A stretch of 64,000 bases of DNA from Pelomyxa schiedti. Its lineage: Eukaryota; Protista; Evosea. The translations under genes and the position numbers were made by a program. Location: assembly GCA_020536535.1 (NCBI GenBank), contig JAHLWZ010000626.1:62312-126311 (forward strand). The letters are read 5' to 3'. Positions 48,265-60,064 of the stretch are shown here, piece after piece. A model generated the notes under the pieces. That model did not search any database and was not told where the DNA came from. It saw only the letters and a program-made list of their open reading frames with translations. The first letter of the stretch is position 1. The number at the start of each line of letters is the position of its first letter.

Positions 48265-51200
48265 TCAACAGTTGAGGTTCTGGGGATCCTGATGGTGCAA
48301 GCTTGGTTCTGGTTCAGAGGGGGGGTTGGTGTTTTCTTCTGTGTGGGAGGTGGACATCACAGATGTGTCTTCAGTGGAATCCACTTTTACCCACTGGTCT
48401 CGGCCAAGAGTCCCAATGGAGCTTTCTCCTTCCTCTATCAAGTTATGTACATAGTCTGTCTTGTCCTGTGACATGTCGGCAATGGAATCGGCGGCGGCTT
48501 CGCAGCAAAAATGGTGTGTAGGGCTTTGGTCTGGGTGAGGACCCTCTATCTTTTCTGTTGGTGGTTCTGTTGGTAGAAGTTCAGGTGTGTTGACAATGCC
48601 TCTCTCCTCTTCTTTCGGGATAATGGTTGGAGAGTGCGGAGGTGTGGAAGTGGGAGAGGGGGTAGCAACCGGAATGGGAGAGTGCGGAGGTGTGGATGTG
48701 GGAGTTGGAGTAGCCTCGGGATGGGACTGTTCTTCCTGCGGTGATGGGTATGTGTAGTAGGGGTTACTGGTTGGAGTCATTGGACTTGGTGTTTTTGGCG
48801 AAATGGGCAAAGAGCTGCTGGAGTTTGTGCTGATTGGGGAGACTGGCTCTTCTGTGATTGGGTCGTCGGCCATTGGAGAAGGTTCTTCGTGGATGTTAAG
48901 AGATATTTTGGAGGAATCCATTGGTGTAGTTATGATAAATATTCGGTTCCCTGGAGATGTAACAGTATACTCGGCTGGAGATGTTACATTGTCAGGTTTA
49001 TCGTCGGCAAGATCAGTTCCGGGGGTTGTTGAATTCTTCAAGGCCTCAAGTTTACGAGCTCTTCTTTTGGCCCGTTGGGCTCTGAGTACTTTTTCAGGAT
49101 CAGGCCACGAAAAACGCGGCTTCTCTGGAGGAGGTTCTGACACAGAGGAACCAGAAACTACGGAAGTGGACGTGGTCGAGGTGGTGTTAGACTGTGGAAC
49201 ATCTTGTTTAGCACCAGCATCAAGGACAACTGATTTTGGGTCCTCTTCTGCTGAAGAAGAGTCCGAATCTGATGAAGACGACGAAGACGAACATGAAGAT
49301 GAAGAGGAAGAGGAAGATGGCGAAGATGGAGAAGATGGCCTTGTGGGTGGTAAAGAGGAAGAAGGAGAAGATGGTAGTGGACCATCTACCGAACCTCCAT
49401 TCTTTGGGGCTCCTAGATAACCCCGGCAATTTGCAGCACCACAGCGACACGCTTGTTTGCACACACCAATGCGCTCAAACTGATAATCGAATGTTAACTC
49501 AGAGCCAGCAGGTATGTATTGCATTGCAAAAATTCCAACACAGAGCTCATTAAGCACAGTCCTGTCCATTAAAAACAAGTTAGATTTGCAGGGATAAAGA
49601 AGAGACAAACCACTTCGTTGTTTTACAATTTGGTTGGCAGCTGTGATTCATGAATCTTGCCAAGTTTCCCTTGTGTGACGCATCCAGACACTCATTTGAA
49701 TCCAGTGATATAAGGTAGAAATTATCGTTTGGTCTATTTAAGAGGTTCTTTAGATGATCTTGTCCAATATAGAGGTACTTGGATCTGCTTAATCGCTTTT
49801 CACTTTCTTGCTTTGTAATGACTTCGCCAACATACTCAATGATGAATTGGCCCGGGAGAATGTCTTGAAGTGTAAGGAGTCCATAACCTCTCTCTGCTGT
49901 CTGTAATAGTATAAAGTCAGAACTGTAAAGGGTGCATTTCTACCTTGAAAGGTATAACCACCACATATTCTTTGTTTTGAAATCTTCTATTTGTGCACTT
50001 ATCTTTGCATGGGCAAAGCTCGGCAAAGCATTCATAGTGCATGGCCCTGAAAAATGTGAATTTTTGAACTTCTTCTTCTGAGAATACCTATTTATACAGG
50101 AAGCTCCACAACAAGGCTCGCCTTGGATTGGAGTACAACCACAGACCGTCAAGCCATCACTTTCATTTTTTCTTTGACGGTGATTGTACAAATCTGCACA
50201 TAGATGGCTTAGTCAGGAAGGACACTCTGGTTTTTGACAAGAATAGATTCTGTGATACTTGTTGTAATATATTGGAATGCAAAACTTCTATCACCATCAT
50301 CCCTCATCTCCATAGGTAGTTTTTCACAGATGGGCTGTCCAGATTCAATTTGCACTGGCTCGGGACTGAAGGTGGTAAGAGAAAACACAGTATGAAGTTG
50401 TCTTCATACACATATTTCTTGGACTTTGTTGAGTCCTTTGGCTTTCGTCCCCTCCTAATCTTTTGACTTCTAGGCCTACCTGGTTTTCGGCGTGTGTGTA
50501 TCTCTTTATGGGGCTTTCTTCCAGGTTTTTCAATCTTCACTTTGTGTTTCCCTCTTTTTTTCTCTTTGTCATGGTATTTGCTCTTCTCTTTTTCATAGTG
50601 TTTCTTCTTTTTCATTTCTCTCTTAACTTTTGTTTCGTGCACATGGGTCTGATCCTCATCCTCACTCTTTCCTTTGTATTTATCTTTTTCTTTGTCGCTA
50701 TCTTTGTTGATATCTTTGTCTTTATCTAACTTCACTTTTTGCTCTCCACCATCAACTTGCTGTGGAGTAGTCCCGTCTCTGCTAGCCTTCAGACTTGATT
50801 TCAGCTCAGGAGTAGTCACAGTAGTGTCTGTGCATTTAGGGATCTCCTTCTTTGCAGTTTCTTCTTTGTTTTCAGTTGCCTTAGTTTCCTTCTGGTTTGC
50901 ATCTGTTGCTCCTTTTTTCTCAGGTGTATCGCCCTTATTTTGCGGGTTGTTTGCTTGAGGACCGTTGCTAGGGGATGGTTCACACCTAGGAGCTTTGTGT
51001 GGTGGTTCTGTGGTTTGACTTCCAGGCGGTGAAGCAACTCGTTTCTGAGGCAGGTTGGGTCCATCCTCCCCTGCAGTTGATGATTTTATTGGGAGATGTG
51101 CAATGTGTGGCTTAGTGACTGTATGGGATGTTGCTAATGTTTTGGAGGGAGGAGCACAGTGCTTAGGTAGGATGAGTGACATTGGTTTCAGGTTAGGTGG

Positions 51201-51807
51201 TGCAGGTGGCTTGGTAGCAGTGCCTGATGTATTTGGTTTACTTGGAGGAACGGTCTTGACGTTGGTTGTAGAGCTTAGATTTGATTTAACTGTGGTGTTA
51301 GTGTGAGTTGATTGTGTGGCATTTAGTGGTTTTTTGTCGCATTTGGTATCTGTGGGTTTACATGATGGCAGTGGTTTGCTGGAGGGAGGTTTTGTGGTTG
51401 TTGGGTGTGTAGAACTAGTGTGTGCCTTCGTGTCAGAAGACGACGGTTTTGTGGGTAACTTGGTCTTGTCAAGCTGGCCCACTGCCTTTGCCTACATCAT
51501 GTAACCATAAAAAGGGGGAAGGGGGAGGAAGGAAAACAGAATAAGTGCTAACAGTGGAGGAAGAGGTAGCACCAGCAGCGACCGTAGACGCCAATGTCGA
51601 AGAAGTAGAAGTAGTTGACGTGGCAGCGACCCGAGGTCGTTTAGGCATAGACTTCCTGTCATCTGACGCAGGCTTAGACGTGGCCAACGGCACCATGTCA
51701 TCAGTGATCCTGCGAGGGTGCTCGCTGTGTACGTGAGCGGGAGGCGGCGGTTTGTTGTTGGCGTTGTTGTTGTTACTAGTGGAAGCTTTGTAGGCCTGCT
51801 CTGTCAT
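48265..51807 (-). CDS. AWS-SET-postSET histone lysine methyltransferase (Set2/ASH1/NSD H3K36-type) with long disordered termini
   Basis: CGCTPIQGEPCCGASCINR, CPCKDKCTNRRFQ, GYGLLTLQDI..GQFIIEYVGEVI, DASHKGNLARFMNHSCQPNC, ELTFDYQFE, CRCGAANCRGYLG. No WW/SRI domain seen. Confidence 0.9.
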
Positions 51808-52241
51808 GAACGATTTAAGACTTTCGTTTGCAGCCTGCTTGCACGGCCTGACGTGTCTCTGCCAACTTTTTTTTTTTTGGTTTTTTTTAGAGGAGGGCGA
51901 GACGAACAACAAAATGTCACAGTAAATAAAAGCGATGCACGGGACACAGCGAAAGACACTAACCACACCTCATCGATCGTGCTAATGATCACGACGCAAA
52001 AGAAAGGACCAATTCCGAACAGATGGAATCAAACGTAGTACACGAGTTTAGTCTTATAATTTTTTTATGTTTGTAGATCTCAGGAAGAGGCACAGAAACG
52101 CTTCACGAGTTCGTAAATGACAACTTAGCTACCCGGATCACCTGTCAAATACCTCAGACCCAAGAAAAGGGAGCCACTTCCATAAAAAAAAAGAAACACG
52201 AAAGAACGAAGCACCTCAGGTTCACGACGGAGGACAGGTCG

Positions 52242-53977
52242 GTGGGCTTACTGCCGGCACCAGCAGCATTACCGGCACATAGAGAAGGAAAATCGACAAG
52301 TCTGGAGGCGAGAGGAACAAGATGCGGGTGCTGTTGTGAGTGCTTGTGCTGTTGCTGCCCACGTGGTGCTATTTTGTCTCCAAAGAAGTGGGGAATCAAT
52401 TGCGTGTGCAGTTGTTTGACACGTTCTGCTATTTGCTTCGGGCTTCTGCTTTTCTTGCTTGTATTTGGCTTAATGGTAGTTGTCACTTCCGGACCACAGC
52501 CTCGCACAGTGTATGACAATGCGAGATACGCTGCCTTAACAGCGGGCATGTACATCACTTACACAACACGGCCGTATGTTTCATTCCTACAACTGCATCT
52601 GCCTTACCGCGCCCCGCTTAGATTATGGGATACCTTCAAAGGCCCCTACCTTCCCAACGGGTCACCTCTAGAAGGTTCGGGGTCAATTGTACTACCACAC
52701 TTCCACCAGGAAGGTGTGCATGCGAAAGATTTGTGCGCATTGCACGGCTGGCAGCAGTAAATCCTCTTATACGAGACTGTATTGACTAAACTCAATTGCA
52801 GATTCAACCAATCCAAGAATACACGCAAAATTGTGGACGCTGTTGTCTTCGCATCGGAACTAGATTTGTGAGTTAATTCTCCTCATTATTCTCATTATTG
52901 TATCTTGTTTTCTCTCTCCTTAATATTTTCATTTGCCCTCGATCCTCATTATTCAAGTCTCAGAATCGTTGTATAGACTTGAGATTCGACTTATTGAGTT
53001 GTGGGATGTAATAGACTTATTTGTTATCCTGGAATCTCCGGTGACTTTTACTGGTACAGTTCGGGTACTTCTGTGTCCACTGATGTTCACAGGTCTTCAG
53101 AAACCACTTGTGTTAGAAGAAAACAGAGCACGTTTTGAATGGGCTTTCTCTTCCGGAAAAATAAAATACATTGTTGCTCAGTCACTTGCTCCTCTAACTG
53201 AGGGTGAATCTCCTTTCAACAACGAGAGAAGAATGAGAGCAGAAATGTCTTCTATTCTGGACAGAATACTGAGGCCTGGGGATGTTGTGCGTTTGCACGG
53301 CGCGTTGGGTCTTCATTTACCCATTTTCAGTATTTCTCGTCTGATATAGATGAAATCCCCTACCACTACACAGTCGATCTATTTCGGTCTTGCACAGGCT
53401 ATCCTACTCACATCCAACTACAAATGCAGTCCTTCCGTTACTCCCTAGAGTTTCCCATACCCTATGATGTGGACTCCAAGCCATCTGCCAGGGTTTATCT
53501 GAAATCAGGTGCATCCCTCTCTGGGGTAGTTGCAGATGGAACAATCATTCCCGCTGGACAGGGGAGAGTGGGTGGCTCGACATACTGTCGGCACGCTTGC
53601 TTATCATTGTATGCTCTTGCCGACAGCGGGTGGCATTGTTCTTGGTGTTTTCGAACACTAGCTGAGTTTCAGTTCAAGATGGATTCTTACTCACATGCCG
53701 ACAGGGTGAGACATCCTTCCTTTCTCAATCCAGCCCGAATCCAAGTATGTACCCGGCACCAGTACTATTCCGCTCAAACACAGCTCCCCTGCAGGACATC
53801 ATATGCCATGGAGGAGAAATTTTTGATATGCTGCCTGAAGCCTACACATTCTGGGAGTTGTTTGCCCAACGCGGGAATCTACTTCGTTCGCAATCAGCCA
53901 CCCACATCCCTCTCGGTGTCAGCCAGAACCCACAAACCTACAAATTCATGTTGCCGGGGGGCTGCCTTCGCCCCTAG
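52242..53977 (+). CDS. Glycosyltransferase family 17 (beta-1,4-GlcNAc transferase, MGAT3/GnT-III-like), type II membrane protein
   Basis: N-terminal TM; RKIVDAVVFASELDL|LEIRLIELWDVIDLFVILESPVTFTG, SDIDEIP, DSGWHCSWCFR, FQFKMDSYSHADR. True start probably upstream near 52023. Confidence 0.9.
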
Positions 53978-54025
53978 GGCATTTGTTCCATCAACTTTTT
54001 CCCAAGTTCATCACGCACGAAACAA

Positions 54026-55671
54026 ATGTCTCTTGAACAAGCTGAACAAGGGAGTGCCGCCACCCCCAGCACGGCCGCCGAATACACCCACAAGGAGGCG
54101 GAGTCATTGCCCATGATTGCCACCACCATGCCGTCTGCGACCACTTCCACTACAGCGACAACCACAACCACAACTACAACCACAGATACAACCAGCAGCT
54201 CAAGCACCAATTTCCACTGGAGTTGCGAACCTGTGGTCAGTGGAAGTGGGGGGAATGGTGGGGCCTCCTCGAGTCCAGTAACGGGGAGCAGCGAAAAGAG
54301 CAGTGCTGTGGATTTGGTTGCGGTCGGGAAGGGAGGCGGGGCCGGGGTCATTAAGCCCGCGGATCCAATGAGGCCCTTTGTAATACTGGTAGCGAGGCAC
54401 GGGCACAAGTACAAACCAAGGGAGTCATCCAATTCTGTGCTTTCAGAGGTAGGTGGGGCTGCTTTGATTAAAGTTGCTTGGCTATTTAATTCCTTGGAAC
54501 TAGCTAATTGACTAGGCTCCTTTAGAATTTAATAGAAAGTAATAACATGAAAAGAGGGGCAAACAGCAAGCAGAACTACTTGGTGTGCACATAGAAAAAA
54601 CTTTCGCATTTTCAGTTGATTGTATATTTGCTTCACCCTTGGCTCGAACAATACAGACTGCTATGTTGATTCACAAGGTAGTTAAAAGGACCTGAATTGC
54701 CTATTTGTTAATAGGTTAACAGGGCTTGAAGAAACGGAAGCCAAAAATATGCATCGAAGGCGGGCTTATTGAGCACTCTCCAAAAACTTCTTTGTGGAGA
54801 TTCTCAACTACAGCTAACAGAGCCACGGAGACAAAATCAGTACCAACACCTGTAAATAGTTTGGGCATCACTACACCGATTCCCACTGCAACTAATACCG
54901 AAGTTACTCCATTGCCACCTAAACCAATTCCCATGACCCCTGCTTCCCAGGCGGCAACAACAAGCACACCAACCCAAGCAACCACAACTACATTATCTCA
55001 GACTTCCTCTGTCGGAACATCAAAGCCCAAGACAGTTGTCGAAAATCCCCTTTCCATTTTGAACTTATCTGCAGAAGAAGGTATCACTGAATAATACACA
55101 ATTCCAAAGAACTAACAACAACAAAAAGAGCAGGTTCTGGATCACACTTATATGTCTAAAGGGAGTACAAGTTCCCATGCAGAAAGTGCCCTTACTGTTC
55201 TAGATCGAGTAAAAATGACACTTCGCCTTATTTTGCAGTGCCACAGTAGCACACCAATCCCTGATAGCGCTCCTACCTCAACGGAGACCACAGAAAGTTC
55301 TGCTCCGAAAAAGCCTTCTTGCTTTTTGATTGTTGGCCACGCCGCCACGGTTACTCCTCCACCCACTACTTAATTCAGAAACTATTTTAACAATCCAACA
55401 ACTCATAACACACAAAACCAAGGTCATTGCATGTGTGCATGCACTTACAAACACAAATTCTGGTGTGCCTTGCCAAATGGCCAGCCTGCAGGTACTGGTG
55501 TGGCTACCACATGAACAAAGATGGGAATGGACAAACCAGGGTGACATCACTGCATGGGAAAAAGAACTGAGTTATGGATACGTGGACATGTTCAGCTCGG
55601 TAAAAAAAAGAAACAAAACAAAAACCATCTTCTCTATTACTAATGGCGAGTTTAGGTTTGGAGTAACTTGA
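54026..55671 (+). CDS. Histidine phosphatase (phosphoglycerate mutase-like superfamily) with Thr/Pro-rich insertions
   Basis: VILVARHG, RGKQQAELLG, IFASPLARTIQTA, ICIEGGLIE, LIVGHAATV; exact 3' end uncertain (55671 or about 55692). Confidence 0.8.
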
Positions 55672-55745
55672 AAGCCTGGGGTTATGTATAAAGGCTGGTT
55701 TTAACAATAAATAATTTGGTGTTGAGGATGATGGCAAACGAATGC

Positions 55746-58700
55746 CTATTGCAAGAGAATGGCCTCGATTGAGGGGTCTGAGGGTAATAGTGCCTCATTG
55801 ACATCGTCTATGTCACTGTCGGACATTTCAAGATTGGAGCTTCCTCCAACGTTGTCTGTTTGGTGTGCATAAGTGAAGTTACCACTCTCCTGACTTGTAT
55901 TGACAGAGACAGAGGGAGGGAGGGGAGAGTTGAGTTGTTGTAGTTCCTGGTTGCTGCCGCAAATGGGAGAGGTGGCTTGACACATGGCTTTCAGTCGCTC
56001 CAGGTTTTGGAGAACTTGGGAGAAGTTGGGCCTTTTTGGTTTGATGTTTTCCTTGAGTGAAGAATGGAAAGGACCAGGGCACACCTCATTTCTGGTTCTT
56101 CAGCCCAACATTCCTTAGCAACCTTTGAATAGGGGGAAGGAACTTCAGGGGGGAAGGTTGGCCTGAGCCCCTCATTCGCAACACCAAAAATGACCATGTA
56201 TGGGGACATGCCATCATATGGTTCTTGTCGTGTGACACATTCAAACATTACAATCCCAAAACTATCAGCAAGTAAAAACAGAAAAAAAATGAATACCACC
56301 TACCTATATATGTCCACCTGCATTGTATAATGCATCCGGCGTAGAACTTCTGGTGCGGTCTTAATTGTCCATTAGTGTAAAGTGAGTGTCTGGGCATACC
56401 CAGCTAGGAGTCCCGCAAGCAGTTAAGGCTTGAGAAGGACTGGAAAGGATGGCACTTAACCCAAAATCGCACACTTTTACTTTCCAGTGCTCATCAACAA
56501 GTAAATTATGGCTCTTGAGGTCCTGTGCTGTATTAGCCAATACCTTACAGATGAACTCACATACCCGGTGGATTATAGGGGGAGAACAACTGTGAAGATA
56601 AAGGCAGCCTTTGGCAGCATCTATGAGCAAACGCAAAGCTAAGCTCCTACACAATAGTAATTGAATAAAATAAATGTGCAGGTTGGGTTTGTGCTCACAG
56701 ATTCATAGGAAGTTGGGGATTGTGCAGGATGCTGTACAGGCTTCCACGGCACATAAACTCCATGGCAAGGCAAATGTCAGGTGGAGCCATGCAACAACCA
56801 AAAAATTGCAGCACATTGGGATGAGTCAAAGACCTGAGATGATGAGATTTTGTTGTGAATATTAGTCTACCTCATTATAGAGACCTCTTTTCTGAATTCT
56901 TTCATGAGATCGCTACTTAGGCAACTGGATGGAAGCTTTTTAATAGCAATAGTTACCCCTTTCCATTTTGCTTTATACACCTAAGCTAGTGGTAACTATG
57001 GAGCCGAGATGGGGGGAGTGTACTTGGCCAAATGTTCCTGTTCCTATTACACTTCCAATGTGTATGTCTCCCATATCGAGTTCTTCATTTGCTTCTAATG
57101 ATTGCTTGTGAAACGCACACTGGAAGTATCTTGGTACCTAGTTTTTCGTGGGGCCCAGATTTTTTAAAAAATCTGCGGATGATGAAAATCACCATCAAGA
57201 CCATGCAGATAAACGCTATGCACGCTAACGCAAAAATGACCCAGACGAGCTTTCCTTGGAAGCGAGACTCTAGATGGTACTCAGCTAAAGGCTGAAGAAA
57301 AATGGAGTATACCAGATTGATACGTAAACTCAATGGGGAGTGAAAACTGTTGGGCATTTAAGCTTAAGGATAAGTTCGTAGTCTCATAGGCGCTCCACTG
57401 TGGACTTGAGCATACAACTTCACCTGCTTGGGTAAAACTTGGGGGATAAGGAGAAAAAGTCTCTACAAAGAATACATACAAGCCAATAACCAGTATAGAA
57501 TAATTTTGGGAAAAAAATTTACAACGTATGAAAGGCTCAGTGTCGATGATATTTTCTCCAAAAATGGTCAAATTGGTGCCCCCAGTGAGGCTATCACTGT
57601 CTGGGGATACCTCCGTCAATTCCACATCATCTGTTCAGCAGTTTAAGTGGAATGAATGATAAAAAAAAAAAAAAAAGGACTCACTATAGAACTGGTATTT
57701 CACCGATCCACGCTTATTGATGCTGAGAAGTTGAAATGAGAGTGGAAAAAAGGACTTACCACCTCACTGCGATTCACAGCTTTTGGGTAACTTACAGTAA
57801 AATTTACATTAGAGGCAGTATGTGATGGTGCTATGCACTGTAATTCTGAGGAGGAAAGATATGTGGCCGGCACTTGGCAAATAGTAAGAAGAAAAAGGAT
57901 TGGGACGTGCGCCTACCAGAATAATCCCCAAAGTGGCAAACAGGAGAAAAGTCAACAAATGCTGCACCGAATACTTGGACAATAGTCGACCCTCCAGTGG
58001 GACCACAACTAGGGTTTAATGCTGTCACGAGTGTCGGACTGAAGGAATATTGAAGTGTTACAAGGATGTAACTAATACAAATTTCGTTGTTGTAAATTAG
58101 CACCTGCAAAGTAACTTATAAGCCCGAGAACATAAAAGAAAGACAGAACCTGCAGCTCATTGAAACCACTACTGTTGTAGGCAGGCCAACCGTTTGGGGT
58201 GTTTCGCTCTAGCTCTGCCTGTATTTAAAGTTATTCTTCACCAAGAAGAATTGGGTATGCCATTGTAACACAGTTTCCACAAGTACAGGAAGTTACAGGT
58301 AGAACAACAGTATCAACTTGATATTGTTGAAGTTCAATGTTAATCTGACATGTGTTAGGAGTCAAAAGAATAACGGAAAACAACCTTGGCCGGGCTTGGG
58401 TCCGTAGTGTCACAACCAAATGTTCCATAGACATCCAAAGTGACTCGTGTCACCTTAGACCCAATTGGGGTGGGGTCCATGAAATACTTCACCCCTTCGT
58501 CCCAGCCTCTGTGGAAAGGTTGGTGGATGCGGTGTAAGTAAGCAAGTTACACACTCGGAAGAGCTGCAGGCGTAACCGGAAGTATAATTCCCACTTTCAC
58601 AAGACGGACAAACAGTACCCCCGTTCTTGTTGATTTTCGTTGGAATTTATCGCGAAAGTGAGGGTAGTTTACCCAGTAAACGGTCGCATAAGCCAGATAG

Positions 58701-58786
58701 CCGCTGGCCGAATGGAAACAATACGCACAAAGCAACAAGATCCACAAACAACGCCACACAGACGACAACTTCTTCCCACTCATCAC
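55746..58786 (-). CDS. Receptor-like TKL kinase with IPT/TIG ectodomains and one TM helix (Dictyostelium Drk/Vsk-like)
   Basis: Signal peptide [29 protein letters not shown]; [19 protein letters not shown] and [19 protein letters not shown]; [25 protein letters not shown]; [10 protein letters not shown]|DLKSHN, DFG, GTPSW|TAPE, DIYSFG. Confidence 0.9.
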
Positions 58787-58951
58787 GTATTAACGCCACC
58801 AGCAAAATTTTGTGTTGTGTTTTTCGCGAGTGTTTACTGTCATCAAAAGCGAATGACAATCTCGCCGGGAAAACATTCACATTTGACCGATGCAGATGCC
58901 AAGGATCTTGCAGTCAAACGAAAGGAAAAAAACAAAAAAAAACACGAACGA

Positions 58952-59927
58952 ATGAATCACAGTAGCAGCGACGAGGGCCATGGCCACAGCCCAAAGACGT
59001 CGCACAGAGCAGCCAAGAAAATGCTGAGGGCAAAGGCTGTTGCTGCGTCAAAAGGACCATTGGGTGAGATCCCACCGGCGGGGCACGGGATGCTGTATAC
59101 TACCCTCAAAGTGATTGGACTGGTGAGTTTGATACCGATGGTGCTTGGCACGATGTACGCGATGTCGTTTTTCGCGGCGCAGATCGCCGACAGGATGTAC
59201 TTGCTGGCTTACGCGTGGGCGGTGTACACTGCGGTGCTTTGTTTCATCTATTTCTACTGGCGGAAGGCAACGATTACGCTAGAGTCGTTTTCTACCCAAA
59301 ACGTTGGCCACTTTGTCATTTCTGTTGGTGCTTACCACTTCTTGAGCATCGCGAATATCCTCCCTGTGCACCACAGAAGGGTTTGTTTTTGTTGTAGTTA
59401 TTTTTTCTTGCTTATTCAAACAGGTTGGGATTTATCTCTGGATCACAATCACAATGCTTGCGAACATAGTGATTTTTTTCATTGATGACACTGATTACGC
59501 AGCCAAAGAGCGGGAGCAAGCTGAAGAAGACCGCAAAAAAGAAGAAGAAAGGGAGAAGCAGAAGCAAGAGAGGAAGTTGAGTGGAAAAGTGAAGAAGAAG
59601 CCCACCCCGTGGTGGAGAAAGAACAGAACTGTGAGGATCCTTATGGACATTGTTGTCTATGTTGGTGCAGTTGCGATCATTGTGGGAGTTGTGTGGGCCT
59701 GCTACCGGTCTGTGGAAGGGTGGAAAAAGCGAAGAGCAGAGACTATGGGGAAGAGGTACGGCTATGACAGTGATACCGGGCAGGAGTGGGATGCTGAAAG
59801 AATTGTCGAGGAAGAGTGGAAGAACGCCAAACCAGAGGACTTCACAGAGGAAGTAGTTCACAAGGATGAGAATTGGGATGCAGAGAAAGTACTCCAGAAG
59901 ATGTTGGAAGAAGACGGCGAACTTTGA
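58952..59927 (+). CDS. Hypothetical polytopic membrane protein with Lys/Glu-rich cytosolic loop
   Basis: ORFs 58640-59485 and 59454-59927 joined by one intron; about five hydrophobic segments; acidic C-terminus. Start may be at 58853. Confidence 0.7.
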
Positions 59928-60064
59928 TAACACGAAAGAAACCCCCACCACACAATAAATAAAATGTCGCAATATCGCAGTTGCCAGTAGATTGATTGGA
60001 TAAACGAGATTAAACAAACATAATTTTCCCCTTCGTACTTTTTTCGTTCCGTTCTGATCGCGAG

